Source: an uncultured Gemmatimonadaceae bacterium (GTDB taxonomy: Bacteria; Gemmatimonadota; Gemmatimonadetes; Gemmatimonadales; Gemmatimonadaceae). From it: a DNA stretch of 64,000 nt. Position numbers and translations under genes: made by a program. The notes under the pieces were generated by a model. It searched no databases and was not told where the DNA came from. It saw only the letters and a list, made by a program, of their open reading frames with translations. The stretch is from positions 288,001 through 352,000 of the forward strand of contig CAWHHI010000005.1 in assembly GCA_963829055.1 (NCBI GenBank). The letters run 5' to 3'. Below, one piece after another: positions 1 through 10,411 of the stretch. Positions within the stretch are counted from its first letter, which is position 1. Each line of letters opens with the position of its first letter.

Positions 1-1478
1 TGAAGGCAAAGTGTGGCTTCGCGTCCGTCCGGAGTCGGCCGTCGTCGTTCTGAAGAGAGCCGTCGAGCGTTACCGCAACACGCGATACCTGCTCGAAATG
101 GATCGCGCCGATCTGCTGCTCGCCAACGCGTACGTGTCCTCTGGACAGATGAAGGAGGCGCGAAGCGCGTTCAGTGCATCGCTCGAGGAGACGGAACGGC
201 GCCGGGCGAAGATCGATGACAAGGAGAACCGGGCGCAGTTCCTCGACAAGGCGCGCCCTGTCATCGACAGAGTGGTCGCGTTCGATCTGGAGCAAGCGGA
301 TACGGTCGGCGCGCTCGAGTTTCTCGAGCACATGCGCGCCCGTGTCCTGCTCGATCGCGTGGGGCGGCGACTGGCTGCCAGTGCGCAGGCGGCCGTCGCG
401 ACAGCCGATCGCCGACCTGCAGCGTACCATTCCCGCGGGCACGAGCGTGATCAGCTACGCGGTGCTGGACAGCGAGGTCGTGTCGTGGGTGCTGCACGAC
501 GACCGTGTGACCATGCACCGGACGCACCTAACGACGTCGCTGGAGGGGCTGATCACTCGCTTCACGGCGTTGATCGAAGCGCGATCGTCGGCGACGGAGG
601 TGCGCGCACTCTCGGCGCAGCTGTACAGCGTGCTCATCGCGCCGCTGCGAGACGACATCGCCGGGGACACGCGGCTCATCGTCATACCGGACAAGTGGCT
701 GCATTTTCTTCCGTTTTCGGCGCTGTTCGACGCCCGTGCCGGGCGCTTCCTCGTCGAGTCGTTCGAGATCAGCGTCGCGCCGAGCATCGCGCTGTACCAA
801 CAGTCGGCGGCGCGGTATGCACAACTCGGCACAGCCACTCCGAGCGTGCTGGCCGTGGGAAATCCGTCGTTCGACGCAGCGACGTTCCGGCTTCCTCGGC
901 TCCCTGGGGCGGAGCTCGAGGCTGCGCGTGTCGCGCAGGGGTACGACCACGCGCAGCTCATGGTGGGTGCGGCGGCGACGAAGCGCGCTTTTCTTCGCGA
1001 GGCGGCCACGTCGGCGGTGGTTCACTTCGCGGGGCATGGCGTCGTCAACTCGAATGCCCCCCTCCTCTCCTACCTGCTGCTTGCGCCCGAACCTAACGTC
1101 GGCTCCTCCGGAGCGCTCTACGTGCGCGACCTGTTCGACATTGCTCTGCCGCGAACGCGGCTCGCGATTCTCTCGGGATGTCACACCGCCGCCGGACAGC
1201 TATCGGAGACTGAAGGAGCATCGTCCCTCGCGCGCGCACTGTTCGCCGCTGGTGTGCCGGTGGTGATCGCGAGTCTCTGGGCGGTCGATGACAGGGACGC
1301 CGCGGAGTTCTTCGTGAGCTTCCATCGTGAGCTCGCGAGAGGCACGGACCCGGCGGCCGCCCTGCGAGCCACGCAACTCCAGTGGCTCACGAAGGAGGAG
1401 GGCGGACGACAGACACTGGCGACGTGGGCGGCGTTTCAGCTGTTCGGTGCTACCTCGGGATCAGGCCGTGGCAGGTGA
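1..1478 (+). CDS. TPR + CHAT (caspase-like, clan CD) protease, 5'-truncated by window edge; frameshift near 360-400
   Basis: The helical part in ORF 11..1096 (ALEFLEHMRARVLLD) continues in the ORF 174..1478 frame with CHAT motifs LIVIPDKWLHFLPFSAL, HFAGHG (catalytic His), LSGCHT (catalytic Cys) and SLWAVDD. Confidence 0.9.
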
Positions 1479-1607
1479 GTGAGGGAATCGAAGCCGTTCG
1501 TCCGTCTACAGCTATGAGTACGAGGTGTTGGAGTCGTGACTGATCTCGGCACGGCGAGGTGCCAAGCAGCCACTCGCAGTCACGTACGATGACCGAGGAG
1601 GTACGCC

Positions 1608-2636
1608 GTGCCGGTTCGAATCATTTTTCGTGGGCTGGTTCTCTTTAGCATCGAGAACGAGCGCGGCAAGAACGGTCGCATCGTAGCGCAGCTCGTCGAC
1701 TGCAAGCACATGATGGGCGGAGGCAAGAAGCCTAAGAGTCCGCATAAGGATCTCCATACGCACACCCCGGATGATTCAGATCGGACCGGACGGGGATGGT
1801 CGGTGACGGCTCAGCCGACGACGAAGCGATGGCTGGTATGAAGAGCGCCGCTCGGGGCCATCAGCCCGCGAACGTCCTTCCGCCGACCGCGATTACACGG
1901 TGACATCCAGATCGGGGATCCGAGTTCTGGCGCGCCGGTGAAGGTCGCCGACAGCTATCGCGAGCACTGTCCGAACCTTTCTCACATTCTGAACAACAGG
2001 CCCCGCCACATCCTCCCGAAGGCAATGAAGAAGCCAAGCTTGAAGCGCAACAAGTTCGTCTCGCGGACCGTGACGATCTACGGCGGAACGATTCGCGTGA
2101 ACGAGGTCGTGGCGTGGGATGGCGGCGGCGTACCCTCTGGCTAGCTCGCCTAACAACGGAAGCCGATTCACGTCGCCCGCCGAAGTCAGCTTTCTGACTT
2201 CCACGGTCCGCGGCCATATGGCGAGCGAGTGCGTGGTCGAGGTTGATTCGGTGGACATCTCGAACGGGCAGAAGGGGCTACCGAAGCGCGTCGATGAAGG
2301 CGAGATCCTCATCACGAACCTCCCCCCGTGAGCGGCCCAAGCCAGTGCCCTGGAGTCTTCACTTCTTCTGCCTGTTTCAGGCTGCCGGATACCGCACCCG
2401 CAAACATCGACGGGAACGAACTCGATTGGTTCAAGGAATTCGCGCGCGGCGTACGATCCGGGTCGCGTTCGCGGAAGACGAAGCGTTCCTGGGCGAGGAC
2501 GGCGCACACCGGGTTCCCGTTCCCCTACCTCGACCCCGAAACCGCCCTCACGCCGCTCAACCCGATAACGCCACCGCTCACTGACCCCTGGAACCGCCCG
2601 CTCTGCCCACAGGGCGACAATAGCCCACATCACTAG
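1608..2636 (+). CDS. Uncharacterised protein (module partner X1), several frameshifts
   Basis: GAGGAGG RBS at 1595-1601 before the GTG. Consecutive ORF pieces 1608..1841, 1938..2144, 2119..2331, 2243..2584 and 2328..2636 stitch into one ~330 aa protein, MPVRIIFRGLVLFSI...RPLCPQGDNSPHH. Confidence 0.65.
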
Positions 2637-2668
2637 CCGATCCCGCTGAGGCGTTAGGCATCGCGTTC

Positions 2669-3646
2669 GTGTCCACCAGCGTCTTCCGCGAGCTTCCGGG
2701 CCTGAGCGAGGCGTGGACGGTCACGCGAGGTGCCAACGCCGTCGTGGCCGTCGTCGACGAAGCGGTCGACGTCCACCACCATCCGGAGTTCGTCGGCCGA
2801 GTCCTGCCCGGTAACGATGAAGCGCGTCAGGCAGCGGGCGATGGTTCGTACGTCCATCGCCCGCACGGCGCCAAGGTCGCCGGTATCGCGTTGGCCAACG
2901 GTCCGCACGTCACCGGCGTCGCACCGGAAGCGCAGCTCCTCCCCGTCGCCGTGAACGCACTGAGCCGCATCATCGGTCACCCCTCCGAAGCCGATGCGAT
3001 CCGATGGGCGGCGGCCCACGGTGCAGATGTCATCTGCTGCGCGTGGGCACCTCCGGACCTGACGGGAAAACGGGGACGTCTCCCGTCACGGACGCGTGCG
3101 GCGCTGGACTACAGCATCGAGTTCGGACGCGGCGGCAAAGGCTGCGTCATCATCTTCTCCGCTGGAAATGTCGGCCGCGACATCAGGCTGAACGGCTACG
3201 CCAGTCACCCCGGCGTGATCACCGTGGGCGCCTGCAACTGCCACGGTACCCATCCGTCCTATAGCGGCTACGGCGAGGCGCTCTGGTGCGTCTTTCCGAG
3301 CAACGATCCCGGTGATCACGTCGGCGCGTGGATGACCTATCTCACGACGGCGCCCGTAGGATCGCTGTTGAATGGCGACGCCTACTACACCACGCGGTTC
3401 GGCTTCACCTCCGCCGCCTGCGCCGGCATCGCGGGAATCTGCGCGCTCATCGTCAGCGCGAATCCCAACCTCACCGCGCACGAAGTGAAGCAGGTACTCC
3501 GGAGCTCCTGCGAGAAGATCGACGCCTCGAGCGGTACGTACGACGCGCGCGGACACAGCCCGCTCTACGGGTATGGACGTCCGGATGTAGTGCGCGCCGT
3601 GCGCCTCGCACGAGAACATGAGAAAGCGCAAACCGCGTCCGTCTAG
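2669..3646 (+). CDS. S8 family (subtilisin-like) serine peptidase, no signal or propeptide
   Basis: VAVVD (Asp), HGAKVAG (His), FSAGN (oxyanion Asn), FTSAAC (Ser), C-terminal YGYGRPD. Confidence 0.9.
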   Translation: MSTSVFRELPGLSEAWTVTRGANAVVAVVDEAVDVHHHPEFVGRVLPGNDEARQAAGDGSYVHRPHGAKVAGIALANGPHVTGVAPEAQLLPVAVNALSRIIGHPSEADAIRWAAAHGADVICCAWAPPDLTGKRGRLPSRTRAALDYSIEFGRGGKGCVIIFSAGNVGRDIRLNGYASHPGVITVGACNCHGTHPSYSGYGEALWCVFPSNDPGDHVGAWMTYLTTAPVGSLLNGDAYYTTRFGFTSAACAGIAGICALIVSANPNLTAHEVKQVLRSSCEKIDASSGTYDARGHSPLYGYGRPDVVRAVRLAREHEKAQTASV

Positions 3647-3758
3647 ATCCTATAGATCGGAGTGGTGTTCCGGCGCGATCGCCGTGACGTCCGATCACTG
3701 ACCTCCAGCACGGCACGTCGGCATCCGATGTCCGAATCTCGGACGGTGAGCCGCGCTC

Positions 3759-5129
3759 GTGGAGCGTCACGGGATGAGGCGACGCATGAGTGATCATTTT
3801 GCCAGTATTGCTGACGCCCTGAGCCTCCGGTACAGGCTCGAACGAACGCTGCAGAGCGGCATGGCCGCTCACGTGTATCTCGCTGAAGAGCGTGCGCTGA
3901 GGCGGCGCGTCGCGGTGAAAGTCTTGCGCGACGAGATGGCCGCGACCGTCAACGCCGAGCGATTCCTCGCCGAGATCCGTGTGTGTGCGCGTCTCCGGCA
4001 TCCGAACATCGTCCCCGTGTATGAATCGGGCGAGGTCGACGGGTTACCGTATTTCGTCATGCCGTTCATTGACGGGGAAACACTGCGCACGCGGCTCGCG
4101 CGCCTCGGCCGCCTCCCGCTGAGCGAAGCGATTTCCATCGCCCAGGACATTGCTCGCGCGCTCGACTTCGCGCACCGTCACCAGATCGTGCACCGCGACA
4201 TCAAGCCCGAGAACGTGATGCTGTACGGTGGGCGGGCCCTCGTCCTCGACTTCGGCATCGCGCTGGCCATGGACACCGTGGAAGCATCCCGTTACACCAT
4301 GCCGGGGCTCACGTTAGGCACGTTGCCCTACATGAGCCCGGAACAGGTCGGCGGCGAATCACCGGTGGACGGGCGCAGCGACATCTACAGCCTTGCGTGC
4401 GTCATCTACGAGATGCTGAGCGGGCGTCCGCCGTTCACCGGATCGCTATCGGCGGTGATCCGGCAACACCTGGGCGCCCAGCCGCGCCCGCTCGCCGAGG
4501 TCTGTCCGGGGCCGTACCCCAAGATCGGGCGTGTACTCTTGCGTGCACTCGGCAAGACGCCTGACGCTCGCTACGACAGCGCCGGTTCGTTCATCTCGGC
4601 GCTCGTCGGCGCCGCGCCACGCGTGCGAGTCATCGGGCAACGTGTGGCGGTGATCTCGTTCACGAACCTCGGTCCGTCGCCGGCGATCGACACGTTCAGC
4701 GACAGCGTCGGTGAGGAGGTCGTCGCGGCACTCCGACCCATAGACGGAATTGCCGTGGTTGCAGGAAGCTCGATCGGCGACACTTCAGTCGACGTGCACC
4801 CCGCGGAGATCGCACGACGTCTCGGTGCCGACGTGTTGCTGTTCGGCAGCGTACGCAACGACGAGGCTGTCGGTCACGTCCACCTGTGCGCGGTTCTCCT
4901 CGACGGCCGAAGCGGTCGGACACTATGGGCCGGCGCGTTCGCCGGGCCGTGTCACGGTGGACCGTACCGGGAGTGGCAGTCGGTCATGCAGTTGGCCGAT
5001 GCGGTAGCCACCACGCTCGGAGTCAAGCGCAACGGGTCACCATGCGAGCGCAGATTCTGCGACGCAACGCGGCGCGGTGACCAGAATGAATCGAACCCAG
5101 GGTCCACGGGGCGGACGGCAGCGCGTTGA
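3759..5129 (+). CDS. Ser/Thr protein kinase with C-terminal TolB-like (TolB_N) domain
   Basis: VAVK, HRDIKPEN, DFG, YMSPEQ and SDIYSL motifs, followed by an RVAVISFTNL...VGEEV TolB_N-like segment. Real start may be the ATG at 3787. Confidence 0.9.
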   Translation: MERHGMRRRMSDHFASIADALSLRYRLERTLQSGMAAHVYLAEERALRRRVAVKVLRDEMAATVNAERFLAEIRVCARLRHPNIVPVYESGEVDGLPYFVMPFIDGETLRTRLARLGRLPLSEAISIAQDIARALDFAHRHQIVHRDIKPENVMLYGGRALVLDFGIALAMDTVEASRYTMPGLTLGTLPYMSPEQVGGESPVDGRSDIYSLACVIYEMLSGRPPFTGSLSAVIRQHLGAQPRPLAEVCPGPYPKIGRVLLRALGKTPDARYDSAGSFISALVGAAPRVRVIGQRVAVISFTNLGPSPAIDTFSDSVGEEVVAALRPIDGIAVVAGSSIGDTSVDVHPAEIARRLGADVLLFGSVRNDEAVGHVHLCAVLLDGRSGRTLWAGAFAGPCHGGPYREWQSVMQLADAVATTLGVKRNGSPCERRFCDATRRGDQNESNPGSTGRTAAR

Positions 5130-6181
5130 GAGAATCGGTAGCCGGCACATGTCTCGCTCTTGAATCGAACGGAACTGTCCGAGCGGAGATGAGCATGCTG
5201 GCACCGACGAACCCATCCGTTGTCCGTGTAACCGCGCTCGCGTTGGCGATCACGTCATTTGGACCCGGCTGCTCGCGCGGCCGCGAACGCGACCGGTCCG
5301 CGGCCAGCAGCGTCAACGCTGGCGAGTCCAGCGTGCGAATGGTCGGCCGTCTCGAGGGGCTCCACAGCCCCGAGTCCGTGAAGTACGACCCCGAACAGGA
5401 CGTCTACTTCATCTCCAACATGTACGGCTACGGCTCGGCCAAGGACGGCAATGGCTACATCGTTCGCGCCAAAGCCGCCGACATGTCGAGCCCGGTCGTC
5501 TTCGTGCAGGGCGGTCGGAACGGCGTGACCCTCGACGCACCGAAAGGGATCACGCTGCACGGCGACACGCTCTGGGTGACGGACATCGACGTCCTCCGCG
5601 CCTTCGACCGTCACACCGGCGCGCCGCTCGGCACCATCGACTTCCGCCCGAACGGCGCCGTGCTGCTCAACGACGTGACCGTGGGCGCCGACGGGTCGCT
5701 CTACGTGACCGACACCGGCATCCTCATGACCGACAAGGGTGTGCTTCATCCCGGCGGCGACAAGATCTTCGTCGTCGGGCCGAACCGGGCGATCTCCGTC
5801 ATGGCGTCGGGGAATGCGTTAGGCAGGCCCAATGGTATTGCGTGGGATTCGGCTGGTCGGCGCGTGATCGTCGTCTCGTTCGACCCGTTCGATAGCCGAG
5901 TGTATGCGTTCCGCGCCGGTGACACGACGCGGACGATGCTCGCGAAAGGGTTGGGCAAATTCGACGGCATTGAACTGCTGCCCGGTGGTCGCATGCTCGT
6001 GACGTCGTGGGCGGATTCGAGCGTGCACCTGTTCAGCGGGCAGAGCGACGTGAAGCTCGTGCGCGATCTCTGGCAGCCCGCGGATCTCGGACTCGACACT
6101 CGGCGCAATCGCGTCGCCGTGCCGGTCGGCGTGCGAGAGCGGGTCGAGCTGTGGTCGCTCCCTTCCGTGGAGGCGAAATAG
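5126..6181 (+). CDS. SMP-30/gluconolactonase/LRE family beta-propeller protein, probably secreted or lipoprotein
   Basis: SPESVKYD, LNDVTVGADGSLYVTDTG, PNGIAWD and DGIE repeats. Hydrophobic N-terminus with Cys. Start probably ~5189. Confidence 0.8.
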   Translation: MRESVAGTCLALESNGTVRAEMSMLAPTNPSVVRVTALALAITSFGPGCSRGRERDRSAASSVNAGESSVRMVGRLEGLHSPESVKYDPEQDVYFISNMYGYGSAKDGNGYIVRAKAADMSSPVVFVQGGRNGVTLDAPKGITLHGDTLWVTDIDVLRAFDRHTGAPLGTIDFRPNGAVLLNDVTVGADGSLYVTDTGILMTDKGVLHPGGDKIFVVGPNRAISVMASGNALGRPNGIAWDSAGRRVIVVSFDPFDSRVYAFRAGDTTRTMLAKGLGKFDGIELLPGGRMLVTSWADSSVHLFSGQSDVKLVRDLWQPADLGLDTRRNRVAVPVGVRERVELWSLPSVEAK

Positions 6182-6468
6182 TCCGGGAGTAGGAAATCTC
6201 CGGACAGGAGCGTATCTCGGGCTCGACAGCGCGCTACCACCCGCGCGGATATCGTGCGTTCAGGATCGCAAGGTCATGAGTGACCGCTGGGTGGAGCATG
6301 ACGGCTGGCTTCACGACCCGCGCCTCGAGCGCATGCACGCTCATGACGATGCCATATACCTCGGACAGCGCTGCGCCGGCCGCAGTCTCACAGAGTCCCG
6401 CAACGTTAGGCGGGCCGGTGGGCCGAAGGCCGCCAGGCGTATGCGTCGCCGCCCGGTAGTGCTCCTCC

Positions 6469-7149
6469 TTGCTCGTCGCACTCGTACTCGCGCCGGCAGT
6501 CGGTTGGGGCACCTACGCCGCCGTGACCTGGCTGACGTTCGCCGACACACGATCGGGCACCGCCTCTGATCCGTTGATGGCGCGGTACCTGCCGCGCTAT
6601 GACATCGCCGAGGTGCATCAGACGCGGGTATCCGCGCGCCCGTCTACCGCCTACGCGGCCGCTCGCCGGATGGACCTGCAGCGATCGCGCGTAGTGCACG
6701 CGATCTTCCGCGGCCGCGAGCTCATGCTGCGCGCGACGCCTCCAGCGCGGGAGCGGAACCTGGCGCTGGTCGACGAAATGCTGTCGATCGGATGGGGCGT
6801 GCTGGAGGAGATACCGGGGCGGCAGATCGTACTCGGGGCCGTCACCCAGCCGTGGCAGGCGAACGTTGTGTTTCGCGCGTTGCCGCCCGCCTCGTACGCC
6901 GCCTTCGACTCTGCCGGCTACGTCAAACTCGTCGTGACCCTCGCCGTCGACTCGTTAGGCCCGCGCGAGTCCGTCTTCCGGACGGAGACACGGGCGCTCG
7001 CGACCGATCCGGCGGCGCGTGCGAAGTTCCGCCGCTACTGGTCGATATTCTCGCCGGGCATCCTGCTGATCCGGTCGGAAGGACTGAAGCTGGTCCGTCG
7101 CGACGCCGAACGGGTGGAGCGAGAGATCAGCCAGCGGTCACCCCGCTAA
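6469..7149 (+). CDS. Hypothetical protein (DUF2867-like)
   Basis: YLPRYDIAEVH, RTETRALATD and KFRRYWSIFSPGILLIR resemble a conserved bacterial hypothetical family. Confidence 0.6.
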   Translation: MLVALVLAPAVGWGTYAAVTWLTFADTRSGTASDPLMARYLPRYDIAEVHQTRVSARPSTAYAAARRMDLQRSRVVHAIFRGRELMLRATPPARERNLALVDEMLSIGWGVLEEIPGRQIVLGAVTQPWQANVVFRALPPASYAAFDSAGYVKLVVTLAVDSLGPRESVFRTETRALATDPAARAKFRRYWSIFSPGILLIRSEGLKLVRRDAERVEREISQRSPR

Positions 7150-7740
7150 GGCGCTCGCCGGCGAGACTTTCATCGCGCGCCACGACGGGATGCACACGGC
7201 GATCACCGACACGACGAGCAGCAGCGCCGTCACCGCGAGCAGCGTCGTCAGGTCTCCCGGCGCCACGCCGTACAGCTGATCGCGAAGCAGGCGCGCGGTC
7301 GGCAGCGACGTGCGCACCAGCTCGTCCATCGACGCGACGCTCGCGATGGGCAGACTCGGGTCGACCGCGTCCACGGCCTGACGCACCGCCCGAGCCATCG
7401 TCAACGGCTCCGACGTCGTTCGCGCGACGACGATCATTCGACGCCTGAATGCCGTCCCAGAGCGCCGCGGGCATCTGCTCGAATCGGGATATAGTACTCG
7501 GGCGCCGGCGATTGCTCGAGGCTGATGGGGGTCGGCGATCACGCCGACGACTTCCATGAAATGCTGATGGCTCGGGTCCATACCCTCGATGCGCTTGCCG
7601 ATGGCGCTTTCGCCGGGCCAGAACCGTTTCGCGAGCGTCTCGTTAGATGATCGCGACGTTAGGCGCGCTCGCGTCGTCGCCAGTCGTGAAGTCGCGCCCC
7701 GCGAGCATGCGGATCCGGGCGGCGCGTCTCAGGTGCATGC
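7127..7740 (-). pseudogene. Remnant of ADOP/MacB-FtsX-type ABC permease (C-terminal part, internally deleted)
   Basis: Minus strand reads IRMLAGRDFTTGDDASAPNVAII/NETLAKRFWPGESAIGKRI...VVGVIAD...VDPSLPIASVASMDEL, then jumps to LYGVAPGDLTTL...CIPSWRAMKVSP. TM helices and the N-terminus are missing. Confidence 0.8.
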
Positions 7741-7761
7741 CGCACGAATCGATGAGGCGAT

Positions 7762-8547
7762 TCAGCGCGATTCGAGGAACCGCACGAGCGCCGCGTTGAA
7801 CACTTCCGGCTGCTCGACGTTCGAGAGGTGCGCGGCATCGGGTATCATGACGAGCTCACTGCCGTCGATCGCTGCGTGGAGCTCGCGCGCGAGCGCGGGC
7901 GGCGTGGACTGGTCGAGCTCACTGCCAACGATCATTGCCGGCACGCGAACCGTCGTCGCCGCCTCTCGAAGATCGGCACCGCGAAGCGCCTCGCAAGCGG
8001 CGATGTAGCCGTCGGCGTTCGTCGCCTCGATCATCCCCGCGATGAGCGCGGTGGTCGCCGGATCACGCGATCGGAACTCCGCCGTCAGGAACCGCGCGAC
8101 AACCTGATCACGAACCGCGGCGGTACCGCCCGCGCGAACCGCCGCGATCCGTGCGTCCCAGCTCTCGTTCGTCCCCACCTTCGCGCCGGTGTTCGCGAGC
8201 ACCACGCCGGTGACCCGCTCCGGTTGATTCGCCGACAGCCATAACGCGATCACGCCGCCGAGCGAGCAGCCGCACACGACGGCCCGATCGATCTCGAGGT
8301 GATCCAGCAGCGCGATGAGGTCCCGCGCGAGACGTTCGATGGTGACGGGTCCGCGGGGCGGAGCCGAGACCCCGTGTCCGCACGCTTCGTATCGAACGAC
8401 GCGGAAGCGATTCTCGACCGCCGGCATTTGCCGATTCCACAGCCGGTGGTCCGTGCCGAGCGAGTTGCTGAACACGACCGCGGGAGCATCGGTTGGCCCG
8501 TCTACCCGGTACGCGATACCGGTGTCTCCGATCGCGCCGCGGATCAT
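7762..8547 (-). CDS. pcaD: 3-oxoadipate enol-lactonase
   Basis: Alpha/beta hydrolase: VFSNSLGTD, GCSLGG, AAHLSNVEQP; lies in the pca operon. Confidence 0.92.
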   Translation of the reverse strand: MIRGAIGDTGIAYRVDGPTDAPAVVFSNSLGTDHRLWNRQMPAVENRFRVVRYEACGHGVSAPPRGPVTIERLARDLIALLDHLEIDRAVVCGCSLGGVIALWLSANQPERVTGVVLANTGAKVGTNESWDARIAAVRAGGTAAVRDQVVARFLTAEFRSRDPATTALIAGMIEATNADGYIAACEALRGADLREAATTVRVPAMIVGSELDQSTPPALARELHAAIDGSELVMIPDAAHLSNVEQPEVFNAALVRFLESR

Positions 8548-9881
8548 ACCGCGTCGGCCTGTCGCATGTCGCGCCACGAGCGGAGCGCGCGATCGATGAG
8601 CTCCTGTGTGCCGCCGAGGTACGACGCGGCGTCGAATGCCCGAATGAGCTCGCCCGACGTGAGCAATCCCGACACCCGCGTGTCGAGGCGGGTGGCCTCC
8701 TGCAGCGAGATCCGGTCACGAAACGCCCGCTCGACGAGCCCAGACGTTAGGCGCATGGCCTCGGGACGACCGACATGTGGTGCCAGCGTCGTCGCCAGCG
8801 ACTCGGCCATCAGCGCACCGGACGCGTCGTCGAGGTGCATGCGCATGCGGTCGGTGTACACGTCGAGCGACGCCACGGCGGAGCGGAGGTGCACGGCGGC
8901 GCGCATCGTGTGCCGAAACGCGTCCGGGATGACCGTCCATTCCGTCTGCCATCCGCCCGCACCACGCTCGTGCTCCTGCGACATCGCGGAGAGCATGACC
9001 GGAACTGCTCCGATCGCGAGGTTGGCGGCAGCGATGGCGTTCGTCGCCTCGACAGGGTTCCGCTTCTGCGGCATTGCCGACGACGTCCCCTTCCCGGCCA
9101 CGAAACCTTCGGCGACCTCGGCGACCTCCGTCTGCGACAGGAGCACGAGGTCATGCGCGATCTTCGCGATGACGCCGGCGGTCACGCCTAACGCCGCGAC
9201 GACGCTCGCCGGCCGGTCACGCTCTGCGTGCCACGGCAGATCCGGCAGCGTCAGATCCAGCTCGGCGGCCAGGAACCCCGCGACCGCCGACCCGCGCTCT
9301 CCCAGCGCCGCCAGTGTCCCCGCGGCGCCCCCGAATTGAAGCACGAGCGCGTCGTCGCGAACCCGCCGGAGTGTGGATATCTGTCGCGCAATACTGCCCA
9401 GCCAACGCGCGGCTTTCAGACCGAACGTGATGGGAACCGCCTGCTGCAACAGCGTTCGTCCGGGCATCACCGACATCCGGTGCGACTCGGCCAGCGTCGC
9501 GAGCGTGTCGGCAGCGTCGGCGAGGTCATCCGCGAGTTGCGTGAGGCCGTCGCGCATCTGGAGGACGAGCGCTGTATCGATCACGTCCTGACTCGTCGCG
9601 CCCCAGTGCACGTAGGGGCGCGCCGCGATCGGCACGTGCGCGATGAGATGCTGGACCAGTGGGATGGCCAGCGTGCCCGCGTGAAGCGCGTCGCGCTCGA
9701 GCGTCGGCACGTCGACCAGTTCCGCGCGACACGACTCGGCGATCGCGGTCGCCGCCTCGTGCGGGATGATCCCGGCGCGCGCCTCCGCCCGCGCGAGCGC
9801 AGCCTCGAAGCGGAGCATGAACGCGACGTGCGTGGCTACCGAGAAGATCCGGTCCGCGTCGCTCACCGTGGGCGCGTTCAC
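8544..9881 (-). CDS. pcaB: 3-carboxy-cis,cis-muconate cycloisomerase
   Basis: Fumarase/aspartase superfamily motifs HWGATSQD, GRTLLQQA, SSAMPQKRNP, QEHERGAGGWQTEW. Confidence 0.93.
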   Translation of the reverse strand: MNAPTVSDADRIFSVATHVAFMLRFEAALARAEARAGIIPHEAATAIAESCRAELVDVPTLERDALHAGTLAIPLVQHLIAHVPIAARPYVHWGATSQDVIDTALVLQMRDGLTQLADDLADAADTLATLAESHRMSVMPGRTLLQQAVPITFGLKAARWLGSIARQISTLRRVRDDALVLQFGGAAGTLAALGERGSAVAGFLAAELDLTLPDLPWHAERDRPASVVAALGVTAGVIAKIAHDLVLLSQTEVAEVAEGFVAGKGTSSAMPQKRNPVEATNAIAAANLAIGAVPVMLSAMSQEHERGAGGWQTEWTVIPDAFRHTMRAAVHLRSAVASLDVYTDRMRMHLDDASGALMAESLATTLAPHVGRPEAMRLTSGLVERAFRDRISLQEATRLDTRVSGLLTSGELIRAFDAASYLGGTQELIDRALRSWRDMRQADAV

Positions 9882-10411
9882 GGGCGCGATGACGTGAAAT
9901 CGAAGAACACGGTCTCCGCGTCACCCTGCAGGACGATGTCGAACCGATACGCGGGCGTTAGGCTCGCCCCGGGCTCCAGTGTGGCCACCAGCGTCCGACG
10001 ACGGCCTTCGGGAACGCGGCCGAGGATGGGGTCGGCGTTGGTCGCGGGCTCGTCCTGGAAGTAGATGCGGGTGAACAGGTGGTTCAGAAGTCCGCGCGCG
10101 AACACGGCGACCGACAGGTGCGGTGCCTGTGTCGTCGTGTGGTCGAACGGGATCGGCCGCGGCCTCACGGTCGTGAACGAGAACCGTCCGTGTTCGTCTG
10201 TCCCCACGCGCGCAAAGCCCGCCGCCTGCCATACCTCGATCACCGCGTCCGGCACGCCAACACCGTCGCCATCCAGGACGCGGCCGTCCACGCGGATGAG
10301 CGGACCAGCTGCGTCGCCCGCGATGACGTCACGGCGGACGTCGTCGCGCAGCATGCAGTCGTGAAAGAATGGGCCCACGGTCTGGGACGGGGTCACGAGG
10401 TGCGAGCTCAC
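9878..10411 (-). CDS. pcaG: Protocatechuate 3,4-dioxygenase alpha subunit
   Basis: TPSQTVGPFF, QAPHLSVAVFARGLL, TRIYF, YRFDIVLQG..ETVFF. GTG start overlaps the pcaH stop (GTGA). Confidence 0.93.
   Translation of the reverse strand: MSSHLVTPSQTVGPFFHDCMLRDDVRRDVIAGDAAGPLIRVDGRVLDGDGVGVPDAVIEVWQAAGFARVGTDEHGRFSFTTVRPRPIPFDHTTTQAPHLSVAVFARGLLNHLFTRIYFQDEPATNADPILGRVPEGRRRTLVATLEPGASLTPAYRFDIVLQGDAETVFFDFTSSRP

Noticed and set aside
1608..2636. Calling protein X a gasdermin or Csx30 homologue
   Set aside because: Only the genomic context is analogous; no recognisable sequence similarity and no cas genes or array in the window.
6276..6569. ORF MSDRWVEHDG as a separate gene
   Set aside because: No recognisable motif; may be the frameshifted 5' part of the 6469..7149 gene or spurious.
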